Origin: a virus
Virus record (IMG/VR): IMGVR_UViG_3300037088_000882
Location: 1-64,000 of that record
Strand: one strand, 5' to 3'
DNA length: 64,000 nucleotides
The translations under genes and the position numbers were made by a program. The stretch's first letter is position 1; each line of letters starts with the position of its first letter. Positions 53,462 through 61,771 of the stretch are shown here, piece after piece. Below the pieces are notes generated by a model, which was given only the letters and a program-made list of their open reading frames with translations, had not been told where the DNA came from and searched no databases.

Positions 53462-54439
53462 TTATCTTACAGATAACCCGTAAATACTTAAAGGACTATA
53501 TTGGTCCTCTTGGTAATTTTTTTGCTCTTGTTTCTCGTCTTCTTCATGTTGTTTTTTACACTCGTTAAACAGTTTTGTAAGCAGGGCAATATCCTTAGTA
53601 GTGACAGACTTTTTTATTGCCGTAATCAAATCTTTAAAAATACGGTCGTAATGAAACCGTCTTCCAGCAAGAATGAGCATCGTTTCTGCTCGATCTATTA
53701 TGGAGAGTTTCCCCTTTTTTTCAATTCGGTGCAATTTAATGTCAAGTTCTGCAAGAGCTTTTAAATCACCGTCTCTTGGCTGTATTATACGGCTTAAATT
53801 ATGGTGAATAGCATTTTTATCCATGAAAACTGTTAATGGGTCCCATTTATCCTTCTGGTAAGGATATAATGGATCATAGAGTTTTTTGGTGATGTTACTC
53901 AAGATGTAGGCCCGAGCATACACATCTTCATCTTTAAATAAGTTGAAACAATCACCTTGAATGTCACTGATTACCTTTGAAAGTCTTGATAGACTTTTGA
54001 GTAATGGGTCCTCATATCTACGTAGATGGTAAACAGCTTGTTCGCTATAGGCGTAGATCTCGTATATTTGTTTGTAAGGGCCTCTAACTTGACCAAGGAG
54101 TCCGGTAATATCAAGGAAGCCGTCAAAGGCATCAAAATCAACTTTTTCTGGCTCTAAAGAGTCCTCTTTCATAAGGCCATGGCAATGGTGGTTTATTGCG
54201 ATTCCCCAAGAAGATACAGTGCCCCAAGTGACTGGGTTTGAGGCACTAGATCCTATAATCCAATGAGCTGCATTATGGTTTTGACCGAGAAAGGCATCCC
54301 ATAAATCACCAACGAAGGAGACTAAGGTCTCTGGGTATCCATAGTCCTCAGAATGGTCTTTTAGCTGATTTCCTAAACAAACCATCTGATTTATATCGTA
54401 AAATAATCCGCTAAGTCTTTCTTCGTTTGATAAGCCCAT
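53462..54439 (-). CDS. Hypothetical protein
   Basis: 325 aa, AAGGAG RBS. Confidence 0.6.
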   Translation of the reverse strand: MGLSNEERLSGLFYDINQMVCLGNQLKDHSEDYGYPETLVSFVGDLWDAFLGQNHNAAHWIIGSSASNPVTWGTVSSWGIAINHHCHGLMKEDSLEPEKVDFDAFDGFLDITGLLGQVRGPYKQIYEIYAYSEQAVYHLRRYEDPLLKSLSRLSKVISDIQGDCFNLFKDEDVYARAYILSNITKKLYDPLYPYQKDKWDPLTVFMDKNAIHHNLSRIIQPRDGDLKALAELDIKLHRIEKKGKLSIIDRAETMLILAGRRFHYDRIFKDLITAIKKSVTTKDIALLTKLFNECKKQHEEDEKQEQKNYQEDQYSPLSIYGLSVR

Positions 54440-54447
54440 TTTTCTCC

Positions 54448-55221
54448 TTAAAACTTGAAACTTACAGGTTGAGATGCTCCGCCCGTACCAAGAGCTTGGC
54501 TCTGGCTGGAAACACTTTGACTTACAAATTGAGCCAATTTGGCCAATTTTCCTGCAGTTGCATCTCCTATAGAGATGTACTCATCGAGTCCGGCATTGAT
54601 ACGAAAGTTTTCAAGATAGCTTTTCATACTTGTATTAGCGTCATTGACACCAATTAGTATTGTACGAAGAGATTCTACGATACCTTCTGACCGTACCCTG
54701 GCTATGGCATCCTTAATTTCTCCTGGGTTTTGAACTTTTTGCGAGGCATTTTCTTCCCCATCGGTTAAAATGAAAAGAATAGCATTGCACAGGAATTTTT
54801 GTTTGTACAGCTTTTTTCCGTAATCATACAGAGCATCAACTGCTTCCATTGACCCATCATTAAGGGGAGTTCCACCATTGGGAGATAGGGCCCCTTTAAA
54901 TTGAGCTGGGTCAAGAGTGCTTAAAAGAGAAAAGCCATGGAGTTCTTCAATACAAGGCTGGTTACCGTATTTTGAATTGAAAGTCGTTGTACGGTACAAA
55001 AGATTCTCCGCTCGAGGAGACTTCTTACAAGCATCAACACTAACAGCAAGCATGTCTTCCAAGGCTGCTTTAAAGGCCGCAACGGAACCAGATTGATCCG
55101 TGGCCATCTGAACAATTGTATATTCCGAGGCTCCGAGTTTATCGATACTGACATTGGTGTATTGAAATCCGTGTACGGTTTTATTTACGTCGTCCACGGA
55201 GAGTCCTGCTAATTTAGGCAT
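54448..55221 (-). CDS. vWA-domain protein (TerY-like)
   Basis: MIDAS-like DQSGSV, GGTPLND and ILTDGEENAS motifs. Confidence 0.85.
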   Translation of the reverse strand: MPKLAGLSVDDVNKTVHGFQYTNVSIDKLGASEYTIVQMATDQSGSVAAFKAALEDMLAVSVDACKKSPRAENLLYRTTTFNSKYGNQPCIEELHGFSLLSTLDPAQFKGALSPNGGTPLNDGSMEAVDALYDYGKKLYKQKFLCNAILFILTDGEENASQKVQNPGEIKDAIARVRSEGIVESLRTILIGVNDANTSMKSYLENFRINAGLDEYISIGDATAGKLAKLAQFVSQSVSSQSQALGTGGASQPVSFKF

Positions 55222-55297
55222 GTTTTCTCCTTATAGTTTCATATTTAAAATTTTTTTCACATTGATCGCACCACATATGGTCCATCATTATTCTCGA

Positions 55298-56089
55298 TTA
55301 CTTAAAAAAAGTGTCTGTCCGAGATACTCTCATTCCTTTGGCTATCATTTCGGTTACGAAATCAGTACCCAATTTCTCGAAACCAGTTACACTGGACGAG
55401 GCATCTTCAAGAAGAACGAATTTCTTGATCTGATCTTCCGAAAATTCAGCAGCCACGTCCCGAACAGTATTGGCCACACAATGGGATAAGGCTTCACCAG
55501 AAATGAGAATGTCATCATACCCTTTAAGAGTGCTGATAAATCGTGTGTTTAATCCAGTAGTGATATCGTCCGATCGTGGGACATCCCCCTTAACAGCTGA
55601 ATAGTGCTCTGTAAATGGATTCGATCCTTTGGTTAAACGGGGAGCCATAGCACTATATTGAATTTCCCATTCCGTTACAGCTTTGTAGAGTACGGGAACA
55701 AGGGTCTGGCCGATAGACCCTATAATGCAATGAGGTGGCCATATGCACAGTGCATAGCGTTTATTGGCTGCGAGAGTAGTTACGTATTCTAAAGCCCAAT
55801 CTTTCCAACTTGGGTTTTTAGGGCGCCATTTGCTCGTAGTTACATCATCTACTGAAATAATTGTGAAAGGGGTAGGTTCTTTACCTGTGGCATCCTGCCA
55901 GAACAAAGGATGAGATATATGCATTCTATAATGACTGTCAAGAGTAAGTTGAATTTCGTCGATATCTCTGCCGTATTTGGTGATCATTTTTGCAATACGC
56001 TCCATATCCTTAGTTGCCCCGGTAACTGGCAGAGCTCCACCTTCGGCAAAATCGACTTGGCCATCAATCGTTAAAAGACATACGGTCAT
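55298..56089 (-). CDS. Isochorismatase-family cysteine hydrolase (nicotinamidase/PncA-like)
   Basis: IDGQVDF, TLDSH, WPPHC, KGSNPFTEHYS and GEALSHCV motifs. Confidence 0.85.
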   Translation of the reverse strand: MTVCLLTIDGQVDFAEGGALPVTGATKDMERIAKMITKYGRDIDEIQLTLDSHYRMHISHPLFWQDATGKEPTPFTIISVDDVTTSKWRPKNPSWKDWALEYVTTLAANKRYALCIWPPHCIIGSIGQTLVPVLYKAVTEWEIQYSAMAPRLTKGSNPFTEHYSAVKGDVPRSDDITTGLNTRFISTLKGYDDILISGEALSHCVANTVRDVAAEFSEDQIKKFVLLEDASSSVTGFEKLGTDFVTEMIAKGMRVSRTDTFFK

Positions 56090-56108
56090 AAAACCTCCTG
56101 AAAGAATG

Positions 56109-56504
56109 TTATTTGGATTTGATTTTTTTATTGGTAATATTTAAAGAGCAGTTTTTAGAAAGTTCTGGAATAACTTTTATAAATCCCCAAGCTTTATCTG
56201 GATGCAGTGTTTTAAAATCCTGCTCATCCCAATAATAGTCATCAGAGACATAAAAAGGCCCAGTTTCATGTTGAGCTCCATAAAGGACACGGTATTTTAG
56301 ATGCTCAGGTTTGTAAACTCTGTATGAACCATCGCTAATGTCTAAGAAATGAAGATGGCCATCCATGTCGATAAGGAGACATTCAGGATCTCGGTATGGT
56401 CCATAAAGAACTCTTAATGGTTCTTTCTTTCCTTTTACAGAAATAACCCACATACCAGGATATATTTCTTGATCTTCATCTATAACTTTTAATTTTTTAT
56501 CCAT
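56109..56504 (-). CDS. Hypothetical protein (first gene of the - strand block)
   Basis: 131 aa, AAGGAG RBS, upstream TATAAT. Confidence 0.55.
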   Translation of the reverse strand: MDKKLKVIDEDQEIYPGMWVISVKGKKEPLRVLYGPYRDPECLLIDMDGHLHFLDISDGSYRVYKPEHLKYRVLYGAQHETGPFYVSDDYYWDEQDFKTLHPDKAWGFIKVIPELSKNCSLNITNKKIKSK

Positions 56505-56568
56505 ATGGCTCCTTTTATACCTTAGCCTATTATACTAATTTTCTGCCATTAGTTATACTTATTTCATA

Positions 56569-56582
56569 ATAATCATTTAATT
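56569..56582 (+). promoter_or_regulatory. Candidate late-promoter motif ATAATcwtyTAAT
   Basis: Similar motifs occur in the gaps before structural genes at 20085-20098 and 60198-60211. Confidence 0.35.
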
Positions 56583-56630
56583 TTGGTTTGATAATGGATT
56601 CCCTTACTTAAAAACTCACAGAAATAAAAC

Positions 56631-59600
56631 ATGGCTATCTATACACCAAATCCTGAACAACTCGGCCGACGTCGTTTCCCGGATAATAAAGCCTTTAGAA
56701 AGCAACTTTCTAACCTGGCTGACAATGTCCTGGGGCAAATGCAAGGCCTTCTTGCCAGTAATTACCCCAGTGATCCTAATACTAACCTGGCTGTGTTTTA
56801 TAAAGTTCTTTCTCGAGAAGCTGCCCGACTCCAGCTCGGGATAAATGCTATAAATGACGATAAACAGTACACACTGACCCGCCCTCAATTCTTGCAACAG
56901 GTCTTAGGGGAACGTCTTGGCCTGGGGTCTCGGATAGCTCCAACGAATTATGATGACCAATCTTATAGAAATTATCTTCTCTCAATTAAGAATGCCTACT
57001 TGGTAGGCAGCTTAAAAGATAATATCGAGGCCCTGGCCTCGGAATTTACAGGTCAAACTGTTAATATTCGGGAACTTTACCTTGAAGCTCGAGATCCTCA
57101 TTCTTCTTTGGATGTTGCTACTTCAGCTAATATGATGGTGGTCAATGTTTTAATTGATACCCTAAGGGCTGGAACTGATTTAGCTACTTTATCACAAGAT
57201 TTAAACTTTTTTGTTGGTTTAGTTCGTCCTGCTCACGTTTTATACGATACGAGATTCATATGGACTGAACAAATCGATGTGAATAAGGTTCACGATATAC
57301 TATTTGGAGATACTGGCGGTGGCTGTGTTCCTATTTATAATTATGATTATTTTACTGAACCCACTATTAAAGCTCTATTGGTATTCGAACTTCCTGGTCC
57401 TGTAGGGGCTTTAGGTTCAATTGAAGCTATCCATCATGATGATTATGTGTTCTATCTCAATAATTCAACAAGAGTTATATACGAACCAGGATATTCCAGG
57501 GCATTTGATGAAACGGGCCACGAAATCCCTTTTAACGACCTGGAGATCGGTAAATATGTCCGAATTACTTATCAAGAGATTCCTGGAAGCTTTAATTTCT
57601 GGTATCCTCCTACAGGTTTAATAACAACTTGGGCTTCTCAGTTTTATAAGAGTGTTTTTCAACGCCCTTTATTTCAAGAAACTGTGAAGAAGGTAATGGA
57701 CCGCAATGGACGCTTCCCTCTTCAAATAAAAACAACACCCACTACTGTATGCGATCGGTGGGTTCAGGATGCCTTACAGCCTTATTATGAAGATTTAAGA
57801 GGGAATTGTAACGTTGGTCGAGTTCAGCCTGCCTTTAATAAATTTATCTTACAAGCTCGAATGGGTTTTCCGAGATTAGATTGGCCTTATGATTCAAGTA
57901 CTGTTCATGATAAAGCCCTGTTAGGTAATGATTATATCTCTTTTATGCAGTACAGCCCTCTAACGGATGGATCCAGTCATGCTGCGGGTATAAATGACGT
58001 TTCAGTCAAATTTGATGGTACTTCTTTAAATAATGCTGTTACTTTAGTAGATGCTAGTACTGGCCGTGTAGAGCTTAATCAGACCCTGGCTTTCTGGGAT
58101 GGTACTTTTAGTCGATACCCGATGCCTGGGGATGTCTTTGATTTTAATTATCATTATTTAAGTGATAGTACGAATTTTGATGCCTCAACTTCCAAGGTTT
58201 ATGGAATAACTTACTGGCAACTCCCCTATGCTCCTCTTATTAAAGATTCTAGTGGGACCCTTGCTGATACAAGTAGTGTTGATTTATACGTTGATGGAAC
58301 TCATATTCCTGGGGCCCTTATATCTCTTGACCCGCTTCTTGGTCATGCAATTATTCAGTCGACACCAAGTTTTTGGAATTCTACATTAGGAAGAATTCCA
58401 GTTATAGGCGATACTTTTGAATTTGATTCCACATGGGGAGATCGATTTCAATACCCGGCCTTGTTTGATGATCTTGCAAGGCCAATGGATTATTGGATAG
58501 GGAATCCTTATGTAATAGTTTTAGATGGTACAGGTACGGGGAATATTGTTGATTCGAGTAGTGCTGCCACACATCCAGATCCTGTTCTGATTGGTTATCG
58601 ATTTAGAACTGATTTACTGCATCATGCTTCGGTTCTTAATTCGCCTGACACACTATTGCTTAATCAGTATCAAAAGCCAGCAACTCGTGCTTCCATAGTG
58701 AATCAGGAAGCGGTACTGAATCATTCCAATTATTTCTTCAGTCCTGAGTTCTTATACGATCAAAATCCTGTTACGAAGCCTTTAGGGGATGATTATCTCG
58801 ATAATGGTTTGGATCCTGTTTTAAAACTTAGGGAAGGTACTCCGACTTTTCAGCAGACCTTTTCTTATCAGCCTGGTCTTATTTATCAGAAGAAGTTGCA
58901 GGACATAAGGAAAAATCATCGTTTATTGATGTATGCTGATTTATTGCAGAAAGAATTTAGAGATGATGGTGAGAGCTTACCTCTAAGCAGTATTTGTGAA
59001 GATATTCTTACTTTTAAGACTCGTTTAGGTGAGGATGATTATAACGGTCCTTACGAATGTCAGCCATGGATTCTTTTTGACACTGTAGATGTTTCAACTC
59101 AGCCTGTTCAGATACCAGGTGATTATAAGGGAGTTCCTAATTTAAGAGTTGCTGATAAGCTTTTACGCCAAAATTTTATCCTTCGAGAAGTTGAACCTTC
59201 TGGGACGGCCACAGTATCTTATGAAGTAACTAATTCAGATGAGGTGGATCCTCCTACATCTTTTACTTTACCTTCGACTCTTGAAATTTTTTATAATGAT
59301 GATTACATCGATTTTCCATCCTTACCTGTTGTAGATCTCGATGATAATCTGGCAGGTATTGATGATATAACTTGTGTGGCTTATTTAGAAGATAATCCTA
59401 GTGTTGCAGTGCCTGTAACTATAACGTCAATAAATCCGACGGCTGGGATTGTTACAGTTGAATATCCAACAGCTACTACATACAGCGAGATTCATACGGT
59501 TACTGCAGAAGAATCTGCCGCAAATCAAATAAGGCTTTCAGGGTTTATTTATTCTGATGCTATTGCTGTGAGTATTGTACGTGGTGTATCTCAATATTTG

Positions 59601-60191
59601 GATGATGATTTTAGAATATCTGGACGCAGGTTATTTTGGTATTTTGGAAATCTTCAGAATCGAGTTCTTCCTGGGGATGAATTAAGGATATCTTATACCT
59701 ATAACCCCTTTGCAGGGGCAAAACTTGTTTTCACATACCATATCCAAAATGATGTTTCTGTTCCAGTAATAATTCGAGATTGGTCTCGAATTATGGATGA
59801 TAAATATGTTTTTGCTGGATTATGCCATGATGTCGAGGCAGTTAAAATAGGCCTGAATATGACCGAGTACTTGCCAGGTCTTGATGATGATAGCGACAGT
59901 ATAACAATACCATTTTTCAATACAAATACTCTTGAAATTGAAAAGCACGAATTTACGGGCCCTGTTTTCGAGACCTATGAGGCCATTGAGGATGAAATTG
60001 GAGCACCAGGTAATTTTTACAACTCACTTGTTCGGATCAAGAGATTTAGTGGAGATACTCCATTAAACTACTCTTCAACGTACAGTTTTATTAATGATAA
60101 ATTAGTTCGTTTCAGGAAAAAAACTTTTAGGGAACTAATGCCAGATCGAACATTTAAAACTACGAAAATTGTTGAAATGCTTCCAGTTTAG
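56631..60191 (+). CDS. Baseplate wedge/tail protein (gpI/gp7-like N-terminus)
   Basis: YRNYLLSIKNAYLVGSLKDNIE..LVRPAHVLY motif; repeated V.VDGT....A....D...G module. Confidence 0.6.
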   Translation: MAIYTPNPEQLGRRRFPDNKAFRKQLSNLADNVLGQMQGLLASNYPSDPNTNLAVFYKVLSREAARLQLGINAINDDKQYTLTRPQFLQQVLGERLGLGSRIAPTNYDDQSYRNYLLSIKNAYLVGSLKDNIEALASEFTGQTVNIRELYLEARDPHSSLDVATSANMMVVNVLIDTLRAGTDLATLSQDLNFFVGLVRPAHVLYDTRFIWTEQIDVNKVHDILFGDTGGGCVPIYNYDYFTEPTIKALLVFELPGPVGALGSIEAIHHDDYVFYLNNSTRVIYEPGYSRAFDETGHEIPFNDLEIGKYVRITYQEIPGSFNFWYPPTGLITTWASQFYKSVFQRPLFQETVKKVMDRNGRFPLQIKTTPTTVCDRWVQDALQPYYEDLRGNCNVGRVQPAFNKFILQARMGFPRLDWPYDSSTVHDKALLGNDYISFMQYSPLTDGSSHAAGINDVSVKFDGTSLNNAVTLVDASTGRVELNQTLAFWDGTFSRYPMPGDVFDFNYHYLSDSTNFDASTSKVYGITYWQLPYAPLIKDSSGTLADTSSVDLYVDGTHIPGALISLDPLLGHAIIQSTPSFWNSTLGRIPVIGDTFEFDSTWGDRFQYPALFDDLARPMDYWIGNPYVIVLDGTGTGNIVDSSSAATHPDPVLIGYRFRTDLLHHASVLNSPDTLLLNQYQKPATRASIVNQEAVLNHSNYFFSPEFLYDQNPVTKPLGDDYLDNGLDPVLKLREGTPTFQQTFSYQPGLIYQKKLQDIRKNHRLLMYADLLQKEFRDDGESLPLSSICEDILTFKTRLGEDDYNGPYECQPWILFDTVDVSTQPVQIPGDYKGVPNLRVADKLLRQNFILREVEPSGTATVSYEVTNSDEVDPPTSFTLPSTLEIFYNDDYIDFPSLPVVDLDDNLAGIDDITCVAYLEDNPSVAVPVTITSINPTAGIVTVEYPTATTYSEIHTVTAEESAANQIRLSGFIYSDAIAVSIVRGVSQYLDDDFRISGRRLFWYFGNLQNRVLPGDELRISYTYNPFAGAKLVFTYHIQNDVSVPVIIRDWSRIMDDKYVFAGLCHDVEAVKIGLNMTEYLPGLDDDSDSITIPFFNTNTLEIEKHEFTGPVFETYEAIEDEIGAPGNFYNSLVRIKRFSGDTPLNYSSTYSFINDKLVRFRKKTFRELMPDRTFKTTKIVEMLPV

Positions 60192-60254
60192 TAGGTGATA
60201 ATCTTTTAATACGTCGTGCCTTTTACTGAATGTACCCCTAAAGGAGATTTTAAA

Positions 60255-60842
60255 ATGATTTTTTTAGAGAAGTTGCATAAGGCATTTGAGCACACCTTTG
60301 GTGGATTTCTTCTAAGACAGGAAGAAAACACCAGAACCCTTCGTGGGGAATATCGCATAATATTAAGAGATGCCTCAACTGGTAAGATTCTTGAAGAGAG
60401 ACGAAACCACAATCTTATCGTTAATTCAGCTTCGATATTAATCGCTCGTCTTTTAAAAGACAGTAGTGAACCTTTAGGTGGAATAACTTATTTAGCAGTA
60501 GGCACAGGAGCTTCTGGATGGAATTTACAGAATCCTCCTCAACCTGTCCCTACCCAGACGCAGCTCTTTAACGAGATAGCACGTAAAGCTTTTACGACAC
60601 AGGATGTGACCTTTATTGACCCTACAACAGGTGACCCTACTGTGATTCCTACGAACGTTGTAGATTATACATGTACGTTTGCAGAAACGGAAGCTGTGGG
60701 GCCTATTGTAGAAATGGGAATGTTCGGTGGAGACGCTACAGATCTCGCTGATAGCGGGTCCATGGTCAATGACCGGAATTTTCCTGTCATTAATAAAACC
60801 AATTCAATGACGCTCACAATAATATTCAGGATTACAGCCTAA
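60255..60842 (+). CDS. Baseplate/tail-fibre attachment structural protein
   Basis: HNLIVNSAS, YLAVGTG, QLFNEIARK, EAVGPIVEMGMFGG and FPVINK motifs; AAGGAG RBS supports ATG 60255. Confidence 0.65.
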   Translation: MIFLEKLHKAFEHTFGGFLLRQEENTRTLRGEYRIILRDASTGKILEERRNHNLIVNSASILIARLLKDSSEPLGGITYLAVGTGASGWNLQNPPQPVPTQTQLFNEIARKAFTTQDVTFIDPTTGDPTVIPTNVVDYTCTFAETEAVGPIVEMGMFGGDATDLADSGSMVNDRNFPVINKTNSMTLTIIFRITA

Positions 60843-61771
60843 TGATACAAGATCTGGGTGTATGTAAAGGACCTGGAAAGGCCCTTTGCGAAATAAGAAT
60901 TGGTCGGGATAAAATCAGGCTTGCTAAAGTCGGTCGATTCTTGTATGCTCTTTTAAATAATCGAGCAATTTTAGCCGCAGAATCTAAAAAAGACTTTATT
61001 TCAAAGAGTCTTCCTGTCCTGGCCTTGGCCATAAAAGACATGGCTAAGAAGGCCCAGATGGATACCATTAGATGGAACCCGATTAAACAGACAACGGATA
61101 TGGTAGATGAAGCAATAAATTGCATTAAAGACAATATTACTCCGGTTCAAGTATTTATGTTAGAACAGAAGCCAGATGAAATTGAAGATAACCATGAGAT
61201 CGAAGCAAGTGAACGCCTTAGTTTAGTCCAGAGGCTTGAAAATTATAGGAAAGATATGGATGACTTTGGGACAAACCTTGCTGGAATTAGGCAGACTTCT
61301 GGAGTTTTATTAAAGACAAGTCTTACTCCTAAGATGTGGGGGAGTAAGGAAGTGATGAAAGTTATCAATGAGATGCATTCGGAAAAAGAGGATATAGATA
61401 GTGGATTTGAGCTTGTAGAGGCTTGTATGGAGCATTCAAATGGGCATATTGATTTAATTCGAGCTTCTTTAAATAAAAAGACTGCTTCTAATAATTTAAT
61501 GCCTTTTGTAGGAAAAGTTATTGAGAGTTTCTCAACAACAAAATCCTTTATGTCTAAACTTGCTCAATCACTTCAAAGTCTTCATACAATCGATCGAGTA
61601 TTTAAGGCTCATACGGGTTATCCAGCTACTTGGTTTTTTGACCCAACAACATATATGGATTTTAATTTTGAGTATGGAAATTTGATAAGTAATTTGATAA
61701 AAACTGCATCAATTGAGTCCGAGATTGTTGAGCCCTTACTACTATGGAAAATCAAAACGGGAGCATGTTAA
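60842..61771 (+). CDS. Hypothetical protein
   Basis: 309 aa, coupled to structural genes on both sides. Confidence 0.55.
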   Translation: MIQDLGVCKGPGKALCEIRIGRDKIRLAKVGRFLYALLNNRAILAAESKKDFISKSLPVLALAIKDMAKKAQMDTIRWNPIKQTTDMVDEAINCIKDNITPVQVFMLEQKPDEIEDNHEIEASERLSLVQRLENYRKDMDDFGTNLAGIRQTSGVLLKTSLTPKMWGSKEVMKVINEMHSEKEDIDSGFELVEACMEHSNGHIDLIRASLNKKTASNNLMPFVGKVIESFSTTKSFMSKLAQSLQSLHTIDRVFKAHTGYPATWFFDPTTYMDFNFEYGNLISNLIKTASIESEIVEPLLLWKIKTGAC

